From assembly GCF_009914755.1 (NCBI RefSeq), contig NC_060937.1: a stretch of DNA of 64,000 nt; one strand, 5' to 3'. The notes beneath the pieces are model-generated. The model was not told the DNA's origin, ran no database searches, and saw only the letters and a program-made list of their open reading frames with translations. This stretch comes from the human T2T-CHM13v2.0 reference genome, Homo sapiens. Of this stretch, positions 26,130 through 41,908 are shown piece by piece. The position numbers and the translations under genes are program-made. How positions within the stretch are numbered: position 1 is the stretch's first letter; the number at the start of each line of letters is the position of its first letter.

Positions 26130-27635
26130 TTGGCATTTTTTTCCCTTTCCATAATGCCAACGTATTCTGGGATTCCTTCCTCCTGACTGTTACTTCCTCT
26201 TTGTCTATCTTATGGACTCTTCCGTATTTGACTTATTGCTGATTTTGACATATTGTGGGGTTCAATCTTTACCTCTCTTCTCTCTTCTATGTTCTCTTTC
26301 TTTATAGACAATGCATGTATTGAGGATTTCTAAGTGCTGCATATACTAACATCCTTTCTCAGCTTAGACCTCTATATCCAACTGTTATTGACAATCTTAT
26401 TTGTATGTCTGATAGGTATTCTGAACTCAGCATGCCCAACACATACTATGTGGCTTTCTCACCACTGCCAGGCTTCAGTAAAACTGTTTTTCTGACAATA
26501 TTCTCTCTCTCAATAAATGGTATCACTGTGTCTTCAGTTTCTTACTCCAAAGTCAAGTATGCCATCCTTGATTCCTCCTCTCTCCTTTGTTCTCTAAATC
26601 CAATTTATTAGGAAGAACCGTTAGCTCTGTCTGCAAAATGCAACCAAATCATAATAATTCTCATATCCACCATCATCCTAGTTCCAGAAGCATGGGCTGA
26701 GATTCAAATTGTGTTGCATCTATCCAGTCATTCACACCAAGAATCTATTCCTTACAACAGAATCAATTTGATATTTTTAAATGATAAATGATATCTGTCA
26801 CTCTCATGCTTAACACTTCAATTACTTCCTCTTTGCCTTTGAATAAAATCCACATTTTTATAATGGCTTACATGGCCCAAAATTATCTACACTCTGTAGG
26901 ACTCAGCAACCTTGACTCTTTCTTTTAAGGCTGGATGTGTTTCAGCTTTTCTGGCCTTTTTATATTCCAAAAAAATACAAGTTTGTATTCAACTTGAAGC
27001 CTGTGCAGAGACTGATAACAATATCTCTATATCCATCCTTTCCTTCTTTCTTTCTGTAATATAACCAACTGAATTGTTTCTGATAACATGCCTGGAAGCT
27101 GCAAACTATATTTCTGGCCTCTTTATTGAATTTTGATCAAATCCAGACCAGTGTCATGTAAACCGAGATAATATATATCACTTTCATGTCTGACATTTCC
27201 ATAATGACTGCTCTTCTGTTCTCTCTTTTACCCTTTACCCTAGCTATGAAATGGTGAAAACTGGAACAACACTGGGGGCCTGGTACTGAGAATGACACAG
27301 CCACACAACAAGGTCTTTACTGCAAATCTTGGAGGTGAGCTAGAAACAAACTTCTATCTTATTTAAGCCACTGTGCTAGGGATTTCTTTACCTAGAATGC
27401 TATTTCCCCAAATTGTTGCATGACTCTATCCTTTTTATCACTTACTTCTCTAATCAAATGTCCCCCTAAATGGGACTTCTTCTTTCCTCCACCCATTCTA
27501 AGAAGCTCTCTATAATTTCACCACTAAGTGAAATTATCTGGTTATTTAGTTTTATTTTGCAAGTTAATGAGAGGAGAAACAAATCTTCCTTATTCACCAC
27601 TGTTAGCTTAGCAGTTTCAGACCTGAAGTATATAC
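26130..27635 (+). mobile_element. L2 (3' part), interrupted by an MLT1J/K-like LTR at about 27010-27385
   Basis: Pyrimidine-rich L2 motifs (tctgaactcagcatgccc; ctcaataaatggtatc; catccttgattcctcctctc); the insert ends aaacaaacttctatcttatttaagccactg. Confidence 0.7.
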
Positions 27636-27637
27636 TC

Positions 27638-29892
27638 TGATATGGTTTAGCTATGTTCCCACCCAAATCTCATCTTGAATCACAATGTGTTGCAGGAGAG
27701 AGTTGGAGGGAAGTATTTGAATCACGGGGGCAGGTCTTTCCAGTGCTGTTCTAGTAATAGTGAGTAAATCTCACAAGATATGATGGTTTTTAAAAAAGGA
27801 GTTCCCCTGCACAAGATCTCTTCTCTTGCCCGCCGCCATGTGAGATGTGTCTTTCACCTTCTGCCATGAGTGTGAACCCTCCCTAGCCACATGGAACTGT
27901 AAGTCCAATAAACCTCTTTCTTTTGTAAATTGGCCAGCCTTGAGTATGTCCTTATCAGCAGTGTGAAAATAGAGTAATACAGTAAATTTGTACTGGGAGT
28001 AACGCGCTGCTGAAAAGATACCTGAAAATATGGAAGAGACTTTGGAGCTGGGTAACAGGCAGAGGTTGGAACAGTTTGGAGGGCTCAGAAGAAGACAGGA
28101 AAATGTGGAAAGGTTTGGAGCTCCCTAGAGACTTGCTGAATGGCTTTGACCAAAATGCTGACTACAATATGGACAATAAAGTCCAGGCTGAGGTGGTCTC
28201 AGATGGAGATAAGGAACCTGTTGGAAACTGGAGCAAAGGTGACTCTTGTTATGTCTTAGCAAAGAGACTCTTGACATTTTGCTGCTGCCCTAGAGATTTG
28301 TGGAACTTTGAATTTGAGAGAGATAATTTAGGGTTTCTGGCAGAAGAAATTTCTAAGCAGCAAAACATTGAAGAGGTGACTTGTGTGCTGTTAAAGGCAT
28401 TCAGTTTTATAAGAGAAGCAGAACATACAAGTTCAGAAAATTTGCAGCCTGACAATGTGATGGGAAAGAAAATCCCATTTTCTGAGGAGAAATTCAAGCT
28501 GGCTGCAGAAATTTGCATAAGTAACAAGGAGCTAAATGTTAATCCCCAAGACAATGGGAAAAATGTCTCTAGGGCATGTCAGAGGTCTTCAAGGCAGCCC
28601 CTCCTATCACATGCCTGGAGGCCTAGTAGAAAAAAATGGTTTCTTGGGTCGGGCTTAGGGTCTCCATGCTGTGTGCAGCCTACGGACTTGGTGCCCTGCG
28701 TCCCATCCACTCCAGCCATGGCTGAAAGGGGCCAACGTAGGGCACAGGCCATGGCTTCAGAGGGTGCAAGCCTCAAGCCTTGGCAGCTTCCACATGGCGT
28801 TGAGCCTGCCATTGCACAGAAGTTAAGAATTGGGGTTTGTGAACCTCTGCCTGGACTTCAGAGAATGATGGAAATGCCTGGATGTCCAGGCAGAAGTTTG
28901 CTGCAGAGGTGGGGCTCTCATGGAGAACTTCTGCTAGGGGAGTGCAGAAGAGAAATGAGGGGTTGGAGCCCCCACACAGAGTCCCTACTGGGGTACTGCC
29001 TAGTGGAGCTGTGAGAAGAGGGCCACCATCCACCTGACCCCAGAATGATGGATCCACCAACAGCTTGCATATTTCTCCTGGAAAAGCCACACACACTCAA
29101 CACAAGCCTGTGAAAGCAGCCAGGATGGAGCCTGTAACCTGCAGACCCATAGGAGTGGAGCTACCCAAGACAATGGGAACTCACCTCTTGCATCAGCATG
29201 ACCTGGATGGGGTCAACAGAAATCATTTTGGAGCTTTAACATTTTACTGCCTCACTGGGTTTTTAGACTTGCATGGGGCCTGTAACCCCTTTGTTTTGGC
29301 CAATATCTCTCATTTGGAATGGTTGTATTTACCCAATGCCTGTACTCCTGTTGTATCTAGGAAATAACTATCTTACTTTTGATTTTATAGGCTCTTAGGT
29401 GGAAGGGAATTGCCTTGTCTCAAATGAAACTTTGGACTATGGACTTCAGAGTAAATGTTGAAATGAGTAAAGATTTTGGGGGACTGTTGAGAAGGCATGA
29501 TTGGTTTTGAAATGTGAGTACATGATATTTGGGAGGGACTGGGGCGGAATTATATGGTTTGGCTGTGTCCCCACCCAAATCTCATCTTGAATCACAATGT
29601 GTTGTGGGAGGGACTCATGGTAGGTAATTGAATCATAGGGGCAGGTCTTTCCCATGTTGTTCTTATGACAGTGAATAGGTCTCATGAGATCTGATGGTTT
29701 TAAAAAGGGAAGCTTCCCTGCACAAGCCCTCTTCTCTCGTCTGTGGCCATGTGAGACATGCCTTTCACCTTCTGCCATGATTGTGAGACCTCCACAGCCA
29801 TGTGGATCTATAAGTCCAGTAAACCTCTTTCTGTTGTAAATTGCTCAGTCTTGGGTATGTCTTTATCAGCAGCATGAAAACAAACTGATATA
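27638..29892 (+). mobile_element. Full-length THE1 (THE1A/B) MaLR element: 5' LTR 27638-27981, internal 27982-29549, 3' LTR 29550-29892
   Basis: Two direct LTRs t(g/t)atatggttt...aataca/gatata, characteristic THE1 internal sequence, purine-rich tract before the 3' LTR, TSD tactc/tacac. Confidence 0.97.
28076..29014 (+). pseudogene. THE1-int ORF remnant (MaLR gag-derived ORF)
   Basis: 312-aa ORF LEGSEEDRKMW..LELPRDLLNGFDQNAD..MDNKVQAEVVSDGD matches the recalled THE1 internal ORF; apparent frameshift near 28868. Confidence 0.75.
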
Positions 29893-30853
29893 TACACATT
29901 ACATTTTTTTGAATTTGGTTAGACAGTAACTATCTTTTATTTGATGATTTTACTATTTAAAGTAAGTAAATTATATAGTAATTTAAGTAGTACATTATGT
30001 TTGAATTATTTGTCCTTGCTTAATAGCAAAGGATATCAAATTTTCTTGGAATTAGTATGATTTGTTCTGCACATATATCACTAGAAATACTTAAATATCT
30101 GAGCACTAATAGAATAGATGGAAAATAGACAAACAAAAATCCCTTGCATGGAGTTTGCCATTTGTTTTTAAATGGACTAGTAAATTTTCATAGTATCTGC
30201 TGCAATTATTATACGTAGTTTATAAAGGACTAGCTATTCTAGATATCAATGGAAAATATTGCTGGTGATAATTTCTCTATGAGAAGTGACCCAACTTTAA
30301 CTAGTGCTCTATTTTTTTTCTGGGATCTTTATAAAGAAGTTCTTTATTTTGCCATAGGAAGCAGAATCAAATGTTCCTCTATTTACCAACATACAAAAAA
30401 CAAACAAACAAAAAAGCATGCCTAGCGGAGAACATCGATAATGGCAAAAATAATACAGGCACAAAACCAAGACAAATGCCAGTGCTTAGATAGAGAAATA
30501 AATAGAAAGCTACAGTAGCCCAGGGTCAGTCCTATTATCTAATAAATTTTTCAGTAAATATTTTTCCAGAGGATAATGGAGAAAAAAAAGTCCTTTAGAA
30601 ATCAATGTTACCTAAATAATGCCTTCAGCAAGAACATAAACAAAGATGAAGATTTCTCCAATAGTACTTTTGTAAAAGTAATTCTTGAAAATGGATCATT
30701 CTTTTTCATATTCTATGTTATAAAGAAAACATCAGAAATCAAAGGGAGAAGAATATACACACGAAAATACAGAAACTAAGGGTTATAATTACCTTAGTGA
30801 AGAGAATGCTGAGTTGTCTCAGTTGTACTTTACAATCCTTGTGCCTCTTTCCT

Positions 30854-30915
30854 TCTCTCTCTCTCTCTCGTGTGTGTGTGTATGTGTGTGTGTTTGTGTG
30901 TGTATGTGTGTGTGT
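30854..30915. repeat. Compound (TC)n(GT)n microsatellite
   Basis: Read directly from the sequence. Confidence 0.95.
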
Positions 30916-31059
30916 ATACACACAGACATAACCCAAATATACATTTGGATACATATCCAAACTGCTATATACAAAATATGTTATGAATATTCTGTTGAAA
31001 CATATACAAGTAAATTTGTATAGACTTATTTACATATACATATAATTATGTATACATGC

Positions 31060-31586
31060 TGTAGGAAGTTTGAGGGAGCTGGGGCCTGAGTAGGGGAAAA
31101 GAGGTAACCACTAGGTGGCAGTATCACAAGCAAGCCTCATTGGGTGCTACTTTGACATTGCTTGCAGGAGAAGTTACTCACGCAGAAGTTGGTAAAGAGG
31201 CTGCTTAGTGGAGAAGGAGGGCAAAAGAACTCCAGGGGAGGGAGGCATTAGAGAGGGGACTTAAGTGTCTAAGTGATACAGTTCAGCAGCATAGCAGGAG
31301 TCTCTGAGTCAAAGAGCTCTGAAGGACAGTTGTGGCTTGGAGTTTTAATGGCCTCAGTGCTAAAAATAGCTAACTAGCAAATTTGGTGTGCAGTTCCATG
31401 TTTTATGCAAAGCGTAAATGGCTAAACATCTGCTCCTTTTGGCTATTTTAAAAATAATTGGATGTGTACAACTTTTTGAGTTTGGTGCAGTGGGCTTGTG
31501 TGCTAATGAATCTTGGCCTGCAGTGTAGCAGTATAGGGCCCAATACACAAAGCCTATCTCTTTGGATCAATTATAGAATAAGTACA
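31060..31586. mobile_element. ERVL-type LTR (LTR41/LTR50-like)
   Basis: About 525-bp G-richer island with TG...CA ends carrying a CTCF motif; family assignment from memory. Confidence 0.55.
31105..31123 (+). promoter_or_regulatory. CTCF core motif
   Basis: taaCCACTAGGTGGCAGta matches CCAC(C/T)AG(G/A)(G/T)GGC(A/G)(G/C). Confidence 0.65.
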
Positions 31587-31596
31587 TCTTTCTTTT

Positions 31597-31652
<56 letters not shown>

Positions 31653-31808
31653 TTCTTTCTTTCTTTCTCTCTCTTTCTTTTTCTTTCCTTTCTTTTCTTT
31701 CTTTCCTTTTCTTTCCTTCCTTCCTTCCTTTCTTCTTCCTTTTTCTTTCTTTCTTTCTTTCTCTATCTTCCTTCCCCCTTTCTTCCTTTCGTTTGTTCTC
31801 TCTCTCTC
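31587..31808. repeat. (TTTC)n/(TTCC)n polypyrimidine tract
   Basis: About 220 nt almost purely C/T, including a run of perfect TTTC units. Confidence 0.97.
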
Positions 31809-32754
31809 ATCTGTCTATCTAAGTCTTATTACAGTGTGGCATCAGATATTCTAAACAATTTTTTGTCATATCTGTAGGATCATAATTTTAAAAAACTCTC
31901 TAGTTATTTTTATATTGAGATGTTTGTCCTAAACAGACTTTGTGTGTTAACCCTTAAACACTGCTTCTATTATACACATATAACTGCATAAAAATGTTTT
32001 GAAAATTGATTTGCCGATTATAAAATGTGTGAAATGCCTAAGTCCTTTAAACTTATAATTCTAGTTTTAATGTTTTTCTACAAGACATCATTAAGAAAGT
32101 TAAAATTAAGAAAAGATTTATTTTCAAGACATCTAATCTTAGAGCTCTTCATAATAACAGAACTTGAAAACAAGTAGTATTTCCAATAAGGTTATGGCTA
32201 AATAAATAGTAGAAATGATAGTTTGTGAAATTAATTATCATTAAAATACTAGAAAATTCTTCCTTTATATTGTAAATTTCATGAGACCAATAACTTTTTG
32301 GTTTTGTTCACTGTTCTACAAGTTCTAGAAAATTTCCTTGTATATAGTAGAACTCCAGTAAATATTTATTGATTGATGGAGTGATCTCCACTATATAAAC
32401 TGCATAGAAAAAACAGCCTACAAATATATTGTAAAACACTAATAGAAGTTACATAGGATTGACGTGGTTATATTTTTATTTTGTGATTGGATTTTATAAT
32501 ATTTTTTGATATATCAACTTTTACAGATTAATCAAACTTCTCCAATAATTACATTTAAAGTAAACCAGAGGTATTAAACCATGGTTAGTAAATTTTTTTC
32601 TATAAAATACCAGGACTTGATTTGTCCCTGCCTAACCCTGCTTTCTTACTGTCTTCTGCAGGTATTGACTCCAATTCACTCCTTTGATAAGCCTACTTGT
32701 AAAATAAGGTCTATCTTGGAGGCTTGTTTCCAGGAAACCCAAGCAACATTTACT

Positions 32755-32875
32755 GATTGTGTCTCATACTAGATTAAAACTCTGCAACAGCAGGGACCAT
32801 TTCTGTTTTCTGTAGCAGTATATAATCAGTCCCAGCACAGTAGGTAGTAGCTGGCAGGCTCTCAATAAATATAAC
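32755..32875 (+). mobile_element. L2 3' terminal fragment
   Basis: ctagattaaaactctgcaacagcagggacc...ggctctcaataaatat. Confidence 0.6.
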
Positions 32876-33249
32876 TTCATATTATGTTGTAGAATAATTA
32901 AAATGAGTTGTAGAACAGATACTGATATAATATATGTTAGTAATTTAAACAATAAGTAAAAAGAATGTAGCAAAATTAATAATGTAAATCAATTATGTAA
33001 AATACCTATATATACACAACATAAAAATCGATAGGAAACTACTAACATCTCTAATTGTGGATTAATAATTTTCTTTGACTTTTTGATTATCTATATTAAA
33101 TGCTTTTACAGTTACAATTTTTAAAATTGGGCCGTTACAATTTCTAAAATTAAGTTATTAAATATATGGTCATTGAGGGCTTCTCATTGTAGCAGTTTTA
33201 AGCATTAGGTATATAGAAGTGAGCAAAATGAATGAGAGTTGGGATAGAG

Positions 33250-33640
33250 TATGACTGAAGGGTTCATCACTCACATGTCTGCTATTTGGTCTGAAATGAT
33301 GAGTGAGGAGAGAGTTGGTCCAACATCAGTGTTTTTCTCCACTTAGCTTCCTCGTGTAACTGTCTTGCTGTTTCTCACAGAGCAGAAGTCTCCAAACATT
33401 AAAACATTTTATATGGTGACTGGCTTCCACATTGTGTACATACCAAAAGATTCGATAGAAGCTGCCAAGTTTATTATGATCTAGCCTCAAAAATCCTCCA
33501 GCATCACATCTGTTCTATTTTATTCATCAAAATATGCACAGAAAAAGGGAGGGCATGAATGAACTCCATCTTTCAATGAGGATAGATTTAACATACAGGA
33601 GGGAAAGAATGGATGGCTCTTATCTTGAAAACAAGATAAT
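33250..33640 (-). mobile_element. MaLR LTR, MLT1G/H/K-like
   Basis: ttcatcactcacatgtctg...agaagctgccaag...gatctagcctcaaaa..cagcatcacatctg. Confidence 0.6.
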
Positions 33641-34649
33641 ATGTAATCCTTCAATCTGTGTTTTAGGTATGTATCTGATCCAGTTTTAAGGCCTGTTTAT
33701 TTTGATAGATGAGTTATTTGATACACATATACCTAAGTTAGATATGTTTGGACTTAGTTTTCTCACAGTATTTTAGGACACATTGTCTTTGTAATGTTTC
33801 CTTTACAATATATTAGATATAGAGTATTACTTATATTTAGAGGTTTTGAAGGTTAATATTTGTTGCCTTTTTATAATTTGGAAGGTTTGAATTTGTTTTA
33901 CTTGTGGTAGTGCTTGCCTTTAAGACAATTTATTTAAAAACATATGTTTGAAGATAAAGTGAAATATTTATTCTTGATTCAGCAACTGAAGTAAATGTCT
34001 AATGACTCCCTGTACTGAGTAGAAAAATTAGTACAAATTTATTTTCCTTCTCTATGACCTCTCTGCTGATAGAGTCTCGATTCAAGTTGATTGCTTTGAT
34101 ACTTTGATATCTTTACTTCATTTAGTTTCTATTTAAATAACGCATGTTGATCTTTATTAGTTATGTTTGCAGCTTTTCCTAATTATAAATATGTATACCA
34201 TTAAATTTTTACAATTAAAATCACCCCAATATTTACTATTATTTTTCTTTTAAAACAGATTTCAAATTTCTGCCCTTTTAATAAAGTTCTGCTCTCAGCT
34301 AATGATTGGCTGAAGCTCAAAGAAAGTATACTTTTTGACTTCAAGCAATGTTAGTATATCTATTTTTCAAACCTTAATGACAGTTGAAATCATACTTCTA
34401 TCTCATTTTCTTTCTCTGAGAACCCTATAGGTGTATAGATATTGCTCGATTTTCTCCCAGCATTGAACATTCTACCTAAAACATGTTATACTTTATCAAT
34501 TTGCATATTTAATTGATAATATATTGAGGGATATTTTGTCTTCCTTATCCAACACTTTAACTCTCATCTCTTAACATTTTTTTATTTTCATTATGCTTGA
34601 CTTTTTTTGTATACAATATTTGAATTGATGTACATAAGAATATTAAACT

Positions 34650-37330
<2,681 letters not shown>

Positions 37331-37397
37331 CTTTGCCCAGAAGCATCACCAAGAGAGTGGGTTCAGTGCAGAGAATGAGAAGATCTGGGGCTCTCAC

Positions 37398-37875
37398 TGT
37401 AGCAAACCCTGTCATCAATATCCTGCCCCATATCCTTTCAGCCCACATGTTCTCCAAGATATTTCTCAGCATAATGTCAGTTTCCCACCTGCTACTTTTA
37501 TAAGCTTGCTTAACCACATTCACCTACAAAATGAAAAGATTGAGGTCAATATTCCAGGAGTTAATATCTCCTGGGGTGACTCTGAACCAATGCACAAGAT
37601 AATTGTTTTTTTAAAAAAGGCCCAGCTTTCCTGTTCTCTTTCAACACTATTCTGAAAAATATTCCATATGGTTTTGCATATCCCCAAAAGGATTAAATCC
37701 CAGTAGCCCACATCAATAGTAAGTCCATTAATTCATTAATGCACTTTTTATCTGCCTTTCTCCTTCCCATGCCTCATTTTCTTTGCTTCCTGAGTTTTAC
37801 TTCCTGAGGCCATGTCCCATATAAACTACCTGCCCCCAAAAGGCGTTATCTTAGAATCTGGTGGGATGCTAAGGG
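37398..37875 (+). mobile_element. ERVL LTR (LTR33/LTR16-like), probable 3' LTR of the upstream internal remnant
   Basis: tgtagcaaaccctgtc...ggattaaatcccagtagccc...tcccatataaactacctgccccc. Confidence 0.55.
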
Positions 37876-37985
37876 TATATGTGTGTGTATGTATATATAT
37901 GTGTGTTATACGTATGTTATATATACACATACATATACACACACATGTACACATACACACACACACATATCTATATGCACACATA
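37876..37985. repeat. Alternating purine-pyrimidine (TG/TA)n then (CA/TA)n quasi-palindromic tract
   Basis: Read directly from the sequence. Confidence 0.9.
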
Positions 37986-39002
37986 AATCCTAGGTAGCTT
38001 AAAATAATTGTAATAACATGATATTTTATAAAATATTCGTACCTCATTTATATGGAATTCTCTATTATTCTCAGTGCCATCAAATATTTTGTTAGAAAAA
38101 TATTATGTAAATGAAAGAATGGCCCAAAATAAGCTAATTCAACTCTTCACCCATCTAAGATGTGTATACAGCAACAGCAGATTTTCTGTCACAATATTAG
38201 ACCCAGAGACAAAAGCTACCTCTAAGAGAAAGACATGTTGTTTATTGTAAAACTTCGACCTTGCCAGATTACTTAATGAGGAGAAAATATACAATTAGAC
38301 AATGGGAAAACATGCTAATTTTCATTCTCATCTAGTGCAGGCTCATTCTCAGAAGAAAAATAATATTAAATAAGTTTGACCTTAAGCTTGCATACAATAA
38401 ATCAGATGGTGAACTGTATTGATGTTATATTCCCCAGTTAAATACGTACTTGAGTATTTTTTTAGATTAAATTGTCTTTCTCAACAAACTGCAGCACACG
38501 CCATTTCTGCAAGAAAACTATTAGCTATTCAAAGCATTATACATTTTACCATGACTCTCAATATCATGTATATCTTAAATTATCTTATAAGCTCTTCTAA
38601 ATTTAAATAAACCTTAGAAATCTTGCCTTACTACAAGACTAAATAGCAGTTTTAATGGAACTGAATTAGATCTGAAAGAAAAATAGGAGGGCTTATGCTT
38701 TTATATTTGTTCTTATTTAATATCTCTAGGAAAATTTTAAGTAAAAATTACATTAAATTCCAATACCCATAAACATATGTTACATAGTGTAAGTGAAAAG
38801 TATATTTTGTTAGAATATTGCTTTCTACAAAAATACTGTCCTTACAACTCATCAATCTTTGCACAACTATGAAATATTTGCGATACACTATTTTGTTCCT
38901 CATTTTCATGAATTGTATGATGTATACACTAATTGTACCAACCCATATGTGAAGACTACGTGGGTAAATATTTGAAACCTTAAGACAGCACCTGGGTGTA
39001 TA

Positions 39003-39350
39003 AAGCTTGAGCATTGCTTATTCAAAAATCTAAACTCTGATATGCTCCCAAATCAGAATTTTTTTGTGCACCAACATGATGCCACAGTAGAAAATTCTAT
39101 ACCACACTTTATGTGCTGGGTTTCAGTCAAAACTTGTACTCATGTGCTGGGTTTCATGCACAAAATTATTTGAAATACTGTATGACACTACCTTCAGACT
39201 ATGTGTATATAAGACATAAATGAATTTTTGTGTTCAGACTTGGATCCCATCCCCAAGACATCACTTTATGCATATGCAAATATTCCCAAATCCAAAAAAC
39301 TCAAAAATACTTCTGGTCCCAAGCACTTAAGACAAAGAATATTCACCCTG
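39003..39350. mobile_element. Tigger4b/MER46-type TcMar DNA transposon (non-autonomous)
   Basis: TA flanks; degenerate TIRs aagcttgagcat / atattcaccctg; internal ttggatcccatccccaag. Confidence 0.85.
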
Positions 39351-39829
39351 TATGAGTATTTTATTAGGAGCAAAAAATTAATTTAATTTTTAAACAACAT
39401 TTATATGAAACAAAGTAATAAGGGATGCACTTTCTTCTAAGCTAAAATTGTTAGAGTTGTACTCACCAAAGTAGTCCATATTTAATATTTAATTCTGTAT
39501 AGGGGTAATACATTTTAACCTGTGTGAAATATAAGTTGGTACCTATTTCTCACAAAAATCACTTGGTTGGAAATCTCTGTGGATGACTCAAATAAAAATA
39601 TATTTCAGAATTATTCAAATACGTACATTGTTGAATCCTGGTACTGAACTGGGCCGAGCTTCTGAGGTGCTGGGTGTGGTTTCTGGATCCCTGGAGGAAG
39701 ACCTGCTCTTAGCCAGAGGCTTACTTGCACTTCTTTGGTACTTTTCCCATCTACTAGGTGAACTCTAAATTCCTTCCCATTGAATATAGGCACGACTTAA
39801 TTACGTATTCGAAAAATTTAATGTAGTGA

Positions 39830-41908
39830 AAGTTAGAATTCTGGGACTTTTCAGGTTAGTTAAAAGAAGCTGTGGAAATTCCAATTAAAAAGAAGCTGTG
39901 GAAATTCCAAGCAAACCAATAGGAATACTTACCCTGAGGGCCCTGAGTTCAACTCTAAGAAAGTCAACTATCCCAAGAAGGCCATGCTAAAGAGGCCACA
40001 GCTAGGCACTCTGTCAACAATCTTTATTTTGTAGGGTCAGCACTGTCACTTAAGGTAGTGTAGCAAATATAAAAATGAACCTCATTTATTTTCTTGAGGA
40101 AATTTTCAGTCAAAATGTCGGAAGTGCTGGCCATTTTCTTTCAGCCAGAAATAATGAAATAGCCAGGACAAAGAAATGAGCCATGACAGCAACTGTTTAG
40201 TTTTCAAGCACAATGAAAAGAAATATCATGGAATCAAGAATTGAAGGATTTGAAAATAAAATAATTTCTTTTTCACAGCCTGTTTTGACATGCCCCAAAA
40301 AATGTTCTTAAAGGGAGAAATAACTTCGGGGCAAAATTATCTTAACTTTGAGGCTTTAAAACTAAGAATTCAGAAAGGTTGAAGTGTGTGTCCCATAGAT
40401 ATTCTTGACTAGATAACAAGTTTCCTAAAACTCTTAAGCACACCGCCAACAACCTCATGATTCTTAGCCCAAGGCAAATAAGGACTAAATTCGGAGTTTT
40501 GTGGTTCGGCATTTATTTAATGAACCAAACCCAGATAAGAGTCACAGAAAAATTAATATTTTTATAAAACACTTTTCCTGGCAGAAGCACAGAGACAGTT
40601 CAAAATAAGAAGAGTCCTTATTCTACAGGCAAGTCATAGGCTGAAAATACCATGCAGCTGTAAACATGAGTGATTTGTTATGTAAAAGTGGGACTCCGGA
40701 GAAACTGAGATCTCGGAGGGCAGGGGCAGGAGATGTAAAGGAGCATTCCCAGGAAGCAGCCCTGAGCCTGCAATTCTTTCCATTCAAGGCTCTAGAAACA
40801 TGATTCTTGCTAGATTTCAGAAATGTGGTAGATCACTTACTATTGCTTCCTATGTCTTTCTTTTTCGAACAGGAGGATTTATTGCATTCACTCTGTCTCT
40901 GTCACATCTTTTTATATTGAGTATATGGGGGAAGATAACTACTTCCTTGTTCACACTACTTCAAGTTGAGAGGAAAACAGTGAGAAAACCTGAATCTGTT
41001 TAAAAGTTTTGAGATCCTGGTATTGCATCTGGTTCCATAATTAGATATGACTTTTAAGGTACTTAAGAAAGGATGATAGTATCTTTTAAAGTGGAAGAAA
41101 TTTAAATTATTAAATTTTATATTATAAATTATAATTATAGTGTAATATATAATTACATATTACACATACTATGATCATTTATGTTATAAAATATTACAAT
41201 ATAATTATATTGTAATATATAGTATATTATAATAATTTATAATGTATAATTGTAATAATTATAGTATAATGTGTAGTATACTGTAATAATTTATAATGTA
41301 TAAGTGATCATTATATATAATGTATTTTATTTATTATAGTTATATATGTAAATTTTTTTCCAGTAGGCAGATTAGAAAAGATAGCAAATTTTTTGCTGCT
41401 CTTTCTGTTGAGAGGTGGACCCTAATTTCTCTCCTTTTGAATCTTAGCTAGATTTGATGACATTCTTGGTTATTATAATATGGTAGATAATGTTGTGGTA
41501 ATTTCAATGCTAGGTCATAAGATCGCGTCTTGCTAGTGCATGAGCCTCTTGAAACCTTCCCTCTGGGAGTCAAGACCTAGATTGTGAGAAGCTTGATTTC
41601 TCTGAGGTCACCCTCATGGAGGGTCAGTTTAGACACTATTTCAGCAGAGTTTCAGCAGAGCTAATCCTTCCAGCCAACCTCATCAAGGCTAAAGACATCT
41701 GTGTGAAGCTGTATTGAACTCTAAAGAACATCTCTTCTGCCAGTAGAAGAACATTGGTGACATCCATCAATGTCACAAGAAACACAATAAGTGCCTAATC
41801 TCTGCCTGAACTTCTAACCCACAAAATTCTGACAAGTAGTGAAGTGATTGCTTTTTAAGCTACAAATATTTTGAGCACTTCATTATAGAAAAATTGATTA
41901 CTAGGACA
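39830..41908 (+). mobile_element. MLT1G-like MaLR: partial 5' LTR, internal region (about 40080-41100), 3' LTR 41363-41908
   Basis: MLT-int motif cttgaggaaattttcagtcaaaatgtcggaag; LTR motifs gttgagaggtggaccc...ttttgaatct, ctaacccacaaaatt; ends ctaggaca. Confidence 0.65.
41100..41355. repeat. AT-rich low-complexity repeat ((TATAAT)n-like)
   Basis: Read directly; degenerate tgtaataatttata.tgtataa units. Confidence 0.9.

Noticed and set aside
31458-31877. 139-aa Phe/Leu/Ser-rich ORF resembling a membrane protein
   Set aside because: Artefact of the stop-free (TTTC)n microsatellite
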